A stretch of 64,000 bases of DNA from Rhodothermales bacterium (lineage in GTDB: Bacteria > Bacteroidota > Rhodothermia > Rhodothermales > Bin80): contig OZ244626.1 of NCBI GenBank assembly GCA_965218495.1, positions 1,273,122 to 1,337,121 of the forward strand. The letters are read 5' to 3'. Positions 27,273-38,100 of the stretch are shown here, piece after piece. A program made the translations under genes and the position numbers. The notes under the pieces were generated by a model. It saw only the letters and a list, made by a program, of their open reading frames with translations, did no database searches and was not told where the DNA came from. How positions within the stretch are numbered: position 1 is the first letter of the stretch; each line of letters begins with the position of its first letter.

Positions 27273-27635
27273 ATGTCCCTGGTCGCGCTCCCGTGCCCGG
27301 TGCGCACCTATTACATCTTCGCAGCCCACGCCCATGGCCAACACGGGATCGTCCCGCAGACGGTCATGGTCGTTCACGTCTTCGTAGCCCAAGCATATCG
27401 CGTAGACACGTTGCCTGAGCATCGCCTCCACGGTATGCTCGACCCTGCTGGGATCACGGTGGTCGGTGAAGCAGGCGGCAAAACGGCCTATGACGTCGAA
27501 CATCCGGTCGGCCTCCCGCAACAAGAGAACACCTGCGTCCGAGGACATAGGGCCGCCGTCGAACTTTCCGACCACTTTACGCCGCCCCAAGTCCTCGAAA
27601 CGAAGCTCTTCAGTATGACAGTCTGTGTTGTTCAC
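27273..27635 (-). pseudogene. IS1380 transposase (copy B), exon 1
   Basis: Translation is identical to copy A exon 1 (ORF 27246-27635 equals ORF 17362-17751). The gene is non-functional because the downstream intron and exon 2 are disrupted. Confidence 0.85.
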
Positions 27636-27731
27636 GCGCAGTGCACAGGATGGTTATAAATGATTATTAATCATACACTTACGTGGGGCTTGGGTTCCAA
27701 TTCTTCGCACCCGGGTGATTTATCCGGGTTA

Positions 27732-27998
27732 ACCTTGCAATGACTTATGGAGAAGCGATCTGGCACGGATGGAGAACCCACGACTTACCCTTGCGATAGC
27801 TTGGCATATTGCCAGCGAGCTCGCGTCTTCAGATAGTGGCAGCTCCCGACGAATCCGAAATCATGCGTTACGGCCGACCTTGGCCCAGCACGCGAATGCC
27901 AGAGTGATTCACCGTCGAAGGCGCCCGGTCGCCTCTCCATAGGTCAAGACACAAATGCTTCATGTAATCTTAACTTGACATAGGGTCCAACTATACCA
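27732..27998 (+). pseudogene. probable 3' tail of the host IS3-family orfB and right end of the IS3 element (decayed)
   Basis: Reads ...AIWHGWRTHDLPLR*LGILPAS... and ...IMRYGRP...MPE*F, resembling the rve C-terminal WYNxxRPHxALGxxTP and ...PERF blocks. A possible terminal repeat ..GGGTCCAACTATACCA is comparable to the left end TGAATTTGGACGC. Weak evidence. Confidence 0.35.
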
Positions 27999-28265
27999 GC
28001 ACTAGCAAGATGTGCACCATCGCTTCCGTTGGCCAATTTTTCGGATCTTACTCGCCGGCGTTGTTTTCGCTGGGAAAACTTGCGGAACACAGTAAGCACG
28101 GACAAGTAGGCTCCATAAACGGGCGGCAGCCATGCATGAAGACGACCACCTTGAATTTCAACCAAGTTCTTGCTATCTTCTTGTGTGCCCGGCTTGGGAC
28201 TTGGCCCATGGCATCCTTACCATAACCGACTCTGCCCTTAGGGGCACGTCACATCTTGTAGCATC

Positions 28266-31200
28266 ATGAAAGGACTCAGACTGACCGCTATCGCCGTAGT
28301 GGCGATCATGTTTTTACCGCTTGCCATCACGCTATTGCCGGACGCTCCGACTCCCGATTCGGTGTCAGATCCTCTGGCATTCCGATCCGAGAAGTCCCGA
28401 ATGGTGTCAAGCCCGCAGGGCCACCCGAACCTGTTTTTCGAGTATTTCAGAGACATCAGGGCATCGGAAGACGGTGAAGTCGAGTACCCGCCGGGCTATC
28501 GGTATACTGAGTATAAGAAGGCAATGGCAACTGCGAAGACTTCTGGAGGCACGCTCAACTGGGTGGAGCGAGGCCCTGGCAACGTTGGCGGACGAACGCG
28601 TCCTCTACTAGTCGATCCGGATGATCCAGACTTGCACACGTGGTGGGCTGGTTCCGTGGCCGGCGGCCTGTGGAAGACCATTAACGGAGGGTTGGCATGG
28701 CAGTACCAAACGGATGACCTGCCAGTCATGTCGGTCACCAGCCTGGCGATGGCGGAGAGTAATCACGACGTCATCTACATGGGCACCGGTGAAGGCTATG
28801 GCAATATTGACGGCGTAGATGGTAATGGAATCTTTAGGTCCACTGACAGAGGAGTGACTTGGGAGCACTTGGCCGCTACCACCGCGAACGCTGATTTCCG
28901 ACATGTAAACCGGTTGGCCGTTGATTCTGCGAATCCGGATGTGGTAGTGGCCGCTACCGGTGCAGGCATATTTCGCACCACCGATGGAGGCATGTCCTGG
29001 ACCGAAGTATACGAGGGGCCGGGGCGCGTGCAGGACTTGCGCGCACAGCCGGGCAACTTCAGTATGCAGATAGCTGGTGTAGACGGTAATGGAATACTCT
29101 ACTCCACAGACGCTGGCATGACGTGGGAATTCTCCTCCGTAGTCTGGACTAGCGGCTTAGGTCGCATTGAACTAGCATATTCAACGTCCCATCCCAGTAT
29201 CGCGTATGCTGCCGTCGACGGAAGCACCGCTGCACTCTATCGAAGTAGCGATGGTGGCGTAAATTGGGCACCGACCGTAGATTCATCCCCCTTCCCCTTT
29301 TCTTGGCTCGGGTTCCAAGGCTGGTACGATAACACGCTGGCGGTGCATCCATTTAAGCCTGACACGGTGTTTGTTGGAGGAATATTTTTGTGGCGAAACA
29401 TTCTATCCGGGGAAACCATAACCGTGTCTGGACCTTCCGAATTCAGCTACGGTGGCGCTGAGTCGTGGCTTAATTTCGTTAACTTTGGTGCGTCTGCTTT
29501 TGGCGGCACCCTGTCTTACCTGGATCTAGATGCCATTGATGTGTCAGAGGCGGACTACAACAACATTGAGATCCGATTTGGTCAAGGAATGCAGAAGGCG
29601 CACCGCTTCTGGGTTTCCGAAACCGCTGGCACATTCGGAAATGGCGGCTCAGGCATCCCGTTCAGCGAGTTCATGTACGCGGACTACGTTGACGTTCCAT
29701 TGCAAGTGTGGGATATCGATAACAACCGTCAGCTGAATTTCTCCTTCCGCGATCAAGCCGACGATGGCGAATTCAACCTGATTGAATTCTTCTCGTCAGA
29801 GGATCCGGGCACGCGCGATACGCAGAGTCGCGAGTACATGTTCATTCACAAATCTGATTACGACGCAACTAATCCACAGGACAGCATCGCCCAAGATGGC
29901 GGCCTGGTGCATGGAATGCTGTACTTCATGTGGCCTACGCTTCTTGACTCCACTGCCACATGGGACCCGATGAACCTGCCTAACCAGACCCTTTCAATTT
30001 CGTATAGCGTTACCGAAGGCCTTGGTCGAACACTAGACGGTGAAATCGATCCTAACAGCAACACGCACGTGGATCACCACAATATATTGCCAATCCCAAT
30101 TAACGCTGCACAAAATGAGTTCTGGATCTTAAATGCCAACGACGGTGGCGTAGCAGTGTCTACGGACGGCGGCCAGTCTTTCAGAGAAGCGGATAACGCA
30201 TTTGCGGGCTACAACACCGCGCAATTCTACGGAGTGGCGAAAAAGCCCGGTAGCCCCATTTACATCGCCGGATCGCAGGATAACGGAACATGGCGGTCTT
30301 TCGGCAATCCAAATAACAGGCGTGGGTGGATATTTGCGCTTGGCGGCGACGGTTTTGAGACGATATGGCACGCTACTGATCCAGACAGGATTATGGGATC
30401 GATTCAATTCAATAATATTTTGCGAACTGTCAACGGTGGCGTCAGCTGGCAGTCCACAGCGGCGGGTGGGCTCGGAGCCGGGCAGTTTATTACCACACTT
30501 GCTAGCTCCGATATGGCACCCAACAATGTATACACTAGCAATGCCAATGGCGTGGCGTATTCCAGAGATTTTGGAGCGACCTGGACCTTGACCTCAATCA
30601 CTGAAAGCTGGGGGTTTTGGTCAGGTGGCAAAGTTAGGGTATCTATTGCGGACTCGAACGTGGTTTGGGCAGGATATGGCTTGGACTCCAGCCCCAACCG
30701 TAAGCTGCACATCTCGAGGGATCAAGGGGTGTCGTTCGAAGCGGTGGCCTTGCCTACCATGAATCGGGCGCCCGAGACGATTATTTCCGGGCTGGCTACG
30801 CATCCTACCGAGAGCGGCACTGCGTATGCGCTGTTCTCACGCTACGGCTACGCAAGGGTCCTGGAAACAAAGGATTACGGGCAGACGTGGACTGATCTTT
30901 CAAGCTTTGATACGACGGGAGCAAGCACGAATGGCTTTCCTGATGTGGCCGTTCACGACCTGCTGGTGATGCCGCATGCAACGAATGTGTTGTGGGCAGG
31001 CACTGACATTGGCCTTTTCAAGTCTAAGAGCTACGGCAAGGAGTGGAACTACGCGCACAACGGCCTGCCGGCAGTCTCCGTTTGGCGAATGAAGTTTCGC
31101 GATGATGAGGTCATCCTAGGTACGCATGGCCGTGGCGTATGGACCGTGCCGGCTAGCGAGATTGACGTCGCAATAGAGGAGGAGTCGGCGGAGTTGCCGT

Positions 31201-31466
31201 CTGGATTCAGCCTCGCTCCGAACTATCCGAATCCCTTTAACGCCTCCACCACCATCCAATTCAAGGTGCCGAGCGAAGCACGAGTACGACTGACTGTCTT
31301 TGATGCAATCGGACGGAAGGTGTCCGTGCTGACCGACAGGGTTTACCCTCCTGGAGAGTACGACTTGAACTGGAACGCCAACGACTTCGCGAGCGGTGTC
31401 TACTTCTATCGCATGGAATCAGAAGGCAAGCTCATCCACACGCACAAGATGACACTGGTGAAGTAG
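28266..31466 (+). CDS. secreted Asp-box/BNR-repeat (sortilin/VPS10-like beta-propeller) protein with T9SS C-terminal sorting domain
   Basis: 1066 aa with a signal-like N-terminus. Repeated SxDxGxTW-type boxes (STDRGVTWE, TTDGGMSWT, STDAGMTWE, SSDGGVNWA, STDGGQSF, SRDFGATWT, TKDYGQTWT). The C-terminus NYPNPFNASTTIQFKVP...VYFYRMESEGKLIHTHKMTLVK matches the Por/T9SS CTD pattern. Confidence 0.85.
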   Translation: MKGLRLTAIAVVAIMFLPLAITLLPDAPTPDSVSDPLAFRSEKSRMVSSPQGHPNLFFEYFRDIRASEDGEVEYPPGYRYTEYKKAMATAKTSGGTLNWVERGPGNVGGRTRPLLVDPDDPDLHTWWAGSVAGGLWKTINGGLAWQYQTDDLPVMSVTSLAMAESNHDVIYMGTGEGYGNIDGVDGNGIFRSTDRGVTWEHLAATTANADFRHVNRLAVDSANPDVVVAATGAGIFRTTDGGMSWTEVYEGPGRVQDLRAQPGNFSMQIAGVDGNGILYSTDAGMTWEFSSVVWTSGLGRIELAYSTSHPSIAYAAVDGSTAALYRSSDGGVNWAPTVDSSPFPFSWLGFQGWYDNTLAVHPFKPDTVFVGGIFLWRNILSGETITVSGPSEFSYGGAESWLNFVNFGASAFGGTLSYLDLDAIDVSEADYNNIEIRFGQGMQKAHRFWVSETAGTFGNGGSGIPFSEFMYADYVDVPLQVWDIDNNRQLNFSFRDQADDGEFNLIEFFSSEDPGTRDTQSREYMFIHKSDYDATNPQDSIAQDGGLVHGMLYFMWPTLLDSTATWDPMNLPNQTLSISYSVTEGLGRTLDGEIDPNSNTHVDHHNILPIPINAAQNEFWILNANDGGVAVSTDGGQSFREADNAFAGYNTAQFYGVAKKPGSPIYIAGSQDNGTWRSFGNPNNRRGWIFALGGDGFETIWHATDPDRIMGSIQFNNILRTVNGGVSWQSTAAGGLGAGQFITTLASSDMAPNNVYTSNANGVAYSRDFGATWTLTSITESWGFWSGGKVRVSIADSNVVWAGYGLDSSPNRKLHISRDQGVSFEAVALPTMNRAPETIISGLATHPTESGTAYALFSRYGYARVLETKDYGQTWTDLSSFDTTGASTNGFPDVAVHDLLVMPHATNVLWAGTDIGLFKSKSYGKEWNYAHNGLPAVSVWRMKFRDDEVILGTHGRGVWTVPASEIDVAIEEESAELPSGFSLAPNYPNPFNASTTIQFKVPSEARVRLTVFDAIGRKVSVLTDRVYPPGEYDLNWNANDFASGVYFYRMESEGKLIHTHKMTLVK

Positions 31467-31511
31467 GCAACCTGCAACGGAAGCATGCTCATGAGCGCCA
31501 TTGTAGGCTTC

Positions 31512-31549
31512 AATGCCCCTGCCCGGCAGCTGCCAGGCAGGGGCATTTT
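31512..31549 (+). terminator. rho-independent terminator after the first BNR gene
   Basis: Perfect 12-bp stem AATGCCCCTGCC / GGCAGGGGCATT, extended by the inner palindrome GGCAGCTGCC and followed by TTTT. It lies 46 bp after the stop codon. Confidence 0.7.
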
Positions 31550-32407
31550 GCTGGCTTACCATCGTGAAAGGCTATTCCTTACGTTCACAGGCGATCGCAC
31601 CTCAGTGCCATTGGCATAACGCTGCGAAATACAGCCGGGGCACCAGCGGCCCTGCCCCTGCCCCACTTGAATCCCTACTGTGGATTGATTGAGCAGTGCT
31701 TCGCCACGTTTAACCCACACCTGATCAACGTCAATACATGATGGCGCCGGCGACAATTAAAATTGGATTAAGAGAGAGGCCGAGATTCGAGGCGGAGCAG
31801 CGAGCTGCGGAGCCTCGAAGCTCGAGGCCGAACAGATTGTTTCGGCCCTATTCCGCAGTGCGTGACGGCGGACGTGACAGGTGTTTCCAATGGAAGGGGC
31901 GCCCGCATACAGCCGGATCGGAAGGACCATCCACCCGCACATGAGAACAATCAGGCCCTGGGACGTCCCGTATCCTGTCCTGAAGCTTCAACACACGGCC
32001 AGCTGCCTCTCAGAGCGTGTGCAAATCGTCTCTGGACGGACGATCGTGTGCCTAAGGCCGCGTAAGCGGTGTCTGGAGGGCTGCCAATGGGCCTAAATGA
32101 GCTTGTACAGGCCCCTCTTCGCACAAACGGCCGGGTTTGGTCACCTACCGTCCTAAAACACCGGCAAACAGCCTGCGGACTGCTGCGCAGAGCGTGTAAA
32201 TCGCCCCCGGACGGACAGTGGTACGGATAGGGTCGCGGAATCGCCGCGTGAGGCGCCTTTATCCGGCCAAGAAGGGCGCTTACATCGACATTGGCACGGG
32301 TGTGCCCGAGTTTGCCAAGTGTCCCGAACTGGCGCCAGGCGCTCACCTCGCGCCTTCCTGAAGGCTCTGGGACCACATCCCAAGGCAGGACCGCGGACGC
32401 TGCCTAC

Positions 32408-33211
32408 TCAGGGTGCAGGTTCACCCGCGGCCTGGGCTTCACTCTGGGCCTCTTGGCGCCGCTTGGAGGCCTCCAGACGGTAGCTGGGCACGTTCAGCTC
32501 CAGAATCACGCTGTGATGTACCAAACGGTCTATGGCCGCGGCCGTCGTCATCGGGTCCTTGAAGATGCGCTCCCACTGGCTGAAGGCCAGATTGCTCGTA
32601 AGCAGCACGCTGCCCCGCTCGTAGCGCTGCGACAGCAGCAGGAACAGCACCTCCATCTCCTGGCGGCTGTGCTGCACGTAACCGATGTCGTCGATAATGA
32701 GCGCCTCAAAGCGCGCGAGCCGCTTCAGGAGCTTGGGCAGGCGCAGCTGCTGTTTGGCCCATAGCAGCTCCTGCACCAGTGTGCTGCAGTTGTAAAAGAT
32801 CACGCGACGCCGCTGGAAGATCAGCTCCCGGCCCAGGGCACACACCAGGTGCGTCTTGCCGCTGCCGGGAGGGCCGAAGGCCAGAACGTTCTCCTTGCGG
32901 TCCAGGAAGCCTCCCTCCAGGAGCACACGCAGGTGGTGATCTATCCGCAGGGGCAACCGGCCACGATCGAACGTGTCCAGCGTCTTCTCCAGCGGCAGCC
33001 GAGACGCACGCAGCCAACGCTGGATGCGGTTGCTGTGGCGCTCCTGCTGCTCCTGTTCCACCAGCTCCAGCAGAAAGCGCTCAAAGCTCATGGCCTCCCG
33101 GCGGGCCGTATCGGCCTTCTCCCTGAAGCAAGCACGTATCGCCGGCATGCGGAGCTCCTTGAGCCCTGCCTGCAGGGACCGCTCCAGCTCTGCTGCCGAG
33201 AGCGTCTTCAT
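32408..33211 (-). CDS. istB: IS21 family helper ATPase IstB
   Basis: 267 aa with Walker A FGPPGSGKTHL, Walker B LIIDDIGY, and a DnaA/AAA-like IstB layout. The start overlaps the istA stop (33208-33211). Confidence 0.93.
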   Translation of the reverse strand: MKTLSAAELERSLQAGLKELRMPAIRACFREKADTARREAMSFERFLLELVEQEQQERHSNRIQRWLRASRLPLEKTLDTFDRGRLPLRIDHHLRVLLEGGFLDRKENVLAFGPPGSGKTHLVCALGRELIFQRRRVIFYNCSTLVQELLWAKQQLRLPKLLKRLARFEALIIDDIGYVQHSRQEMEVLFLLLSQRYERGSVLLTSNLAFSQWERIFKDPMTTAAAIDRLVHHSVILELNVPSYRLEASKRRQEAQSEAQAAGEPAP

Positions 33212-34722
33212 CGCACTGCGGTCGTCGTGAGCGAAGCCGTCGTCGATGGCTCCAGAAGGCCGTCGTACGTGCTCAGATCCACCACAGGAGGCGCTACCAG
33301 ATAATCCGGAACTTGCAGCGTCCGGTCCAGCAGCGCCTCTACGGCCTCTGCCGTAATGGCCTCCTTGCCCTTCAGCAGCACGCTGAGGGCGGCGTCTACG
33401 CCCGATTCGCTCTCCTTGGCTGCCAGGTGCAGCACACGCAGATACGCCTTGTCGGCCTTCAGAGGCGCTTTGTGCGCCCGACGCAACGCGTCATAGGCCA
33501 TCCGGAACCGGTGGGTGGGAAAGAGATCGGCCCGGTACCGGTAGTGGGCAAACGCACCCGGTTTGCGCACCAGCGAGTCGATCACATGCCGATACTCGAT
33601 CCGGTGCTTGCTTCTTCCATGCAGCCGCGGCATGCGCTCCATGAGACGCTGCCCGAATCGCACCTCGACAGCCTCGCCGAACAGACGGATGTCGACCTGT
33701 TCGCCGATAAGTCGGCTCGGCACCGAATAGCTGTTGTTCCGCACCCGGATCGTGCTGCCCTTCGATACCCGCACGCGCATCGCCTTGTAGCTTTCCAGTC
33801 GGCGCTCCGGAAGCGGCCCCAGATAGGCCCGCTCCTGCTTGAGGCGCTCCTTGCGCGGCGCATTCAGCTGCGCAAACAGCTGCTCGAGGAAAGCCTCATA
33901 GGCCTGCCGGCTCTCAAAGTCATTGCTTCCGCGCAGGATGAGCTGGTTCTTCATGGCCAGCTTCAGCCGGTAGTGCCGCTGCTCCACCTTGCCGTTCTCG
34001 TGCGGACTCCGCACCTGCGTATGCCGCGCTTCCATGCCGCAGTGGCGCATCAAGGCCTGGTAGCGATCCGTAAAGGCCTCGCCGCCGCCACGCTGCAGCT
34101 TGCGTACCGCAGCGCTCAGGGAGTCCGTCTGGTGCAGCCTTGGCACGCCTCCACAGGCGTGAAGGGCCTGCTGCAGGCCCTCCGAAAGCGCCTCGAAGCT
34201 CTCCGATCGGCAGACGGTACCCGTCTCCCAATTGGAATACGGCAGCACGAAGTGGTACAACAGATGCGGAAGCGGCGCCCCCCGGATGGTCACGCCCAGC
34301 CCGTTCATGCACGTAAAGTCCGATTGGGCTCGGTCTCCCGGCTCATACTCCTGGGCAAAAAACACCTCCTTCGCCGGGCCTTCGGTGGCTCTCCACTGCT
34401 TGACACGCAGCTGCAGCGTGCGCAACTGTCCCGGCTGGAACGCGTCCGGATGCCGGCGCTGCAGCTCACCAAAAAGCGCCTTGACCTCCAGATTGGGATT
34501 AACCTTCAGAAAAGCCTCGACCTCCTCCCACACGGCAGCAAACGGATCCTTGCGCGTACGCCACGTGTGCGGCTTCTTCGTCTCGCTTGGAAGCTTGCCC
34601 AACCGCACGTACTTGCGCGCGGTAGTCTCGCACATGCCGGCCTTCGCCGCTGCTGTCGCTATGGGCTCTCCCTTCTTCAATACCAACCTGCGTAAAAGCA
34701 GGACCTGCGCATCCTGTACCAT
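33208..34722 (-). CDS. istA: IS21 family transposase IstA
   Basis: 504 aa with an N-terminal HTH (ATAAAKAGMCETTARKYV) and an rve/DDE core (AQSDFT...LYHFVLPYSNW...QTDSLSAAV...ENGKVEQRH). Confidence 0.93.
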   Translation of the reverse strand: MVQDAQVLLLRRLVLKKGEPIATAAAKAGMCETTARKYVRLGKLPSETKKPHTWRTRKDPFAAVWEEVEAFLKVNPNLEVKALFGELQRRHPDAFQPGQLRTLQLRVKQWRATEGPAKEVFFAQEYEPGDRAQSDFTCMNGLGVTIRGAPLPHLLYHFVLPYSNWETGTVCRSESFEALSEGLQQALHACGGVPRLHQTDSLSAAVRKLQRGGGEAFTDRYQALMRHCGMEARHTQVRSPHENGKVEQRHYRLKLAMKNQLILRGSNDFESRQAYEAFLEQLFAQLNAPRKERLKQERAYLGPLPERRLESYKAMRVRVSKGSTIRVRNNSYSVPSRLIGEQVDIRLFGEAVEVRFGQRLMERMPRLHGRSKHRIEYRHVIDSLVRKPGAFAHYRYRADLFPTHRFRMAYDALRRAHKAPLKADKAYLRVLHLAAKESESGVDAALSVLLKGKEAITAEAVEALLDRTLQVPDYLVAPPVVDLSTYDGLLEPSTTASLTTTAVR

Positions 34723-35119
34723 CTCGATTGTGGATTGACTGAACTAACCGCCAGTCCACGCACAAGACGACCTCAGGTCCCGCTATTTTTAATTGTCGCT
34801 GTCGTTATTAATAAATGTCGCCAATCACACACCCTTTGGATCCAGCCCTGCACTGGATACAGGTCCAGAACAATCGCGACCCAGCACCCAGTTGGCGTGC
34901 TCCAGAGCCTATCGCCTCACGAAGTCAGGATACGTGCACGGCCGAATCCTTTGGCTGCTTCTGGTTGGACCTTCAACGAGCAGCTGGCGGGCCGAAGAGC
35001 TTCAGATGGCAACCCATAGCCGCCTAGCCAACAGCAACTGAGCGTGCGTCTAAGAGAGGATTTTTGTATATTGAGCGTGGTTTACCGGAGCAATTCCATC
35101 TCACCTAGCCAGCGGAGCC

Positions 35120-38100
35120 ATGACTAACGCACAGCGCATCCTTGTTGCGATTACGGGTCTTCTTGCTCTGCCGTTTCTGATTTTCCAGCTCGCATCAGAT
35201 GACGCCAGTCAGGCCGAGGAGCCAGTGATGCCTCTTAGAGTCCACGAGTCCCCGCAGCGGTCGAGCACCGCCCAGGGGCACCCGGAGCTCTTCCTAGAGG
35301 TCCACCACGATATCCGCGCGTCAGAGGATGGCAAAGTCGACTATCCGATGGGGTATCAAATCCACGAATACAGGAAGGCACTGGCCGCAAGCAAGAGTGC
35401 AGGAGCAACGCTCAACTGGGTGGAGCGCGGCCCCGGAAACGTAGGTGGTCGCACGCGGGCAATCCTGGTTGACCCGGACGACCCAGACATGCACACATGG
35501 TTTGTAGGGACCGCCGGTGGTGGCCTGTGGTGGACGCAAAACAGGGGCTACTCGTGGGGATACCTCACCGACAATCTGCCGGGGCTGGCTGTAACGACCA
35601 TCGCTATGGCCGAGAGCAATCACGACATTCTTTACATAGGCACGGGCGAAGGCTTTGGCAACGTTGACGCCGCAGGAGGCGTTGGCATCTTTAAGTCGTA
35701 TGACCGCGGCCAATCATGGGAACACCTCCTTTCGACGGCTACCGACACGCTTTTCCGCTACGTTAACCGCTTGGCGGTGGACCCCACGGACCCCCACATC
35801 GTCGTTGCGGCGACAAATGAGGGCATCTACCGAACAACCGACGGCGGACTCCTATGGACAGAGGCTTATGCCTCAGAAGGTCGAGTACAAGACCTTCGGG
35901 CACAACCGGGTAACTTCAACACCTTAATAGCCAGCGAGAACCCGGGGGGCATCCTCCGTTCGATGGATGGAGGCGCAACCTGGACACGTGCCATTCCCAC
36001 CAGCGAGATTCTTGGCGGCAGCCTGCGCATAGAATTGGCATTTTCTCCCTCCAATCCTGCCATTGCGTACGCGAGCGTCCAGCAACCCGTCGGGGCTGCT
36101 CTTTTGCGTAGCGACGATGGTGGTGCCTCATGGAAAAACACACGGGGTGTCGGTGGTTTAGGAGGAATCAACTGGCTGGGTTTCCAAGGATGGTACGACA
36201 ATACGTTGGCGGTTCACCCATTTGCTCCAGACACAGTTTTCGTGGGCGGCATCGTTCTTTGGCGAACTATGATGACCGGAGATGTTATTGACATTGCTGA
36301 ACCCTCGAATTTTCAAGGGTTCTTGCCCGGGCAGACGGATGGAATCATTGGCTACATTAGCGGCCTTGGAAATTACTTTGGTTTTTTGGGCACCCTGGTC
36401 TTGGCTGGATTCGAAGATGCAGCATTCTCTGATATAGAATCGGCCGACTATTCCTCCGTCGAGATACGGTTCGGGCAGGGGACACAAATGGCTCACCGCT
36501 TTAGTTCGAATGACTCACAATGGCAAGACATCTCTTGCTTTTTGGATCCAACCAATGCGCCGGTGCCGCATGCACGCAACGAATATCAGGACTACGTTGA
36601 AGTGCCATTCACCGTCTGGGACATCGACACAGGACGTCAACTGGCGGTATCGTTCCGCGACGCGGCCAGAGACAGCACGTTCAATCTAATCCCATTCACC
36701 ACTACTGGGTCTTGCGATGTGGTATCCAATGAACAGCTCTTCGTTCACAAGTACGACTACGATGCAACGGTCCCGCACGATTCCGTAGCGCAGGACGGCG
36801 GGGTTACACGTGGAATGATGTATATGATACTCCCGTTTCTAGCCAACTCCGGTGCGACATGGGACCCGGACAGCATTCCAGAGCAGACCGCTCGTATCAC
36901 ATTTGCGCGCGCGAACGGACTTTACGCGAGAACCGTTGACAGAGAAATCGATCCGGTGCCCAGCAGGGCGCACGTTGACCACCATTCCATTGTTCCAGTT
37001 GTCCCAGACCCGGGAAGCAGTGACTTTTGGATACTGGACGCAAATGATGGCGGTGTATCCATATCTACAGACGGCGGAGAGTCCTTTCTTGAGACCGATT
37101 TTCGATTTGCTGGATTCAACACCTCCCAGTTTTATGGTGCAGACAAGGCACCCGGAATTGCCCGGTATGTTGGCGGTACGCAGGACAACGGCTCGTGGTT
37201 GTCGTACGGCAATCCGAACAACCGACGGGGTTGGATCTCGGTCCCACCCCAGGCGGACGGGTTTGAAGCAATCTGGAACTCGCGAGACCCGAATAAAATC
37301 ATGACTTCATGGCAATTCAACAATATTATGTATACGCACACCGGGGGAGCGAGTTTTATCGGCGTAACCGTTGGTTTTGGAATTTTCGTGACATCGATGG
37401 ATAGCTCGCCACATGCTCCTGACACTGTTTACATTGTTGCTCAGGAAGGTGTGTGGCGGTCTCCGGATTTTGCACTGACTTTCACCCTTACCCCCATTGA
37501 TTCCGCGTGGGCACCCACGAATATTGGCAAAGTCAGGGCCTCATCGGCAACCGACACCGTAGTTTGGGCTGGCTATGGATTGGACGATTCACCCGCGCGA
37601 ACGCTGTGGTATTCAACAGACGCTGGCGAATCGTTCTCTCCGTCGGCGCTTCCTACGATTCCCAACGCCCCGCAAACTATCATTTCCGGGCTGGCAACTC
37701 ACCCAGCGGAAGTTGCAACAGCCTATGCACTGTTTTCGCGGCCTAGGCGGCCCAAGATCCTGCAGACGACTGACTTCGGTCAGAACTGGCAAGATATCTC
37801 CGGCTTTTCCGAGTCGACCGATGGGACAAGCACCAGAGGCTTTCCCGACGTGGCGGTGTACGACCTGCTGGTGATGCCGCACGCTCCCCATGTGATGTGG
37901 GCGGCTACAGATGCTGGCTTGTTTCAGACCAAGAGCTACGGCAACGAGTGGAACTACGCGCACAATGGACTGCCGGCTGTATCTGTATTTCGACTGAAAT
38001 ACCGCGACGATGAAATCGTCGCCGCAACGCATGGTCGTGGCGTGTGGTCCGTGCCGTGGGGAGAGATTGATGTGTCGATTGAATCGGACGACTTTACTGA

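Larger units (their letters stand above)
20257..27731 (-). mobile_element. IS1380-family insertion sequence, copy B (inverted relative to A, expanded to ~7.5 kb by nested insertions)
   Basis: The same termini as copy A. Exon 1 and the first 468 nt of the intron are colinear with copy A (coordinates sum to 44997). Exon 2 is present in two pieces on either side of the ISNCY-like insertion. Confidence 0.8.
31750..34822 (-). mobile_element. IS21-family insertion sequence (istA-istB); boundaries approximate
   Basis: GCGACAATTAAAA occurs at 31750-31762, and inverted at 34787-34799, with a further GGCGACA copy ending at 34822 (multiple terminal repeats are typical of IS21). No target duplication could be identified. 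There is an unusually long 650-bp tail after istB. Confidence 0.7.

Noticed and set aside
33313-34695. 460-aa ORF on the plus strand (and similar long ORFs such as 1878-2774, 10878-11576, 43900-44667, 46107-46742 and 51715-52419).
   Set aside because: Each lies antisense to, or out of frame within, a gene with strong family motifs (istA, ISL3 transposase, the GT-C fusion, pepA, murF, the histidine kinase). Their translations are Arg/Pro/Ala/Gly-rich with no motifs, the typical shadow ORFs of high-GC DNA.
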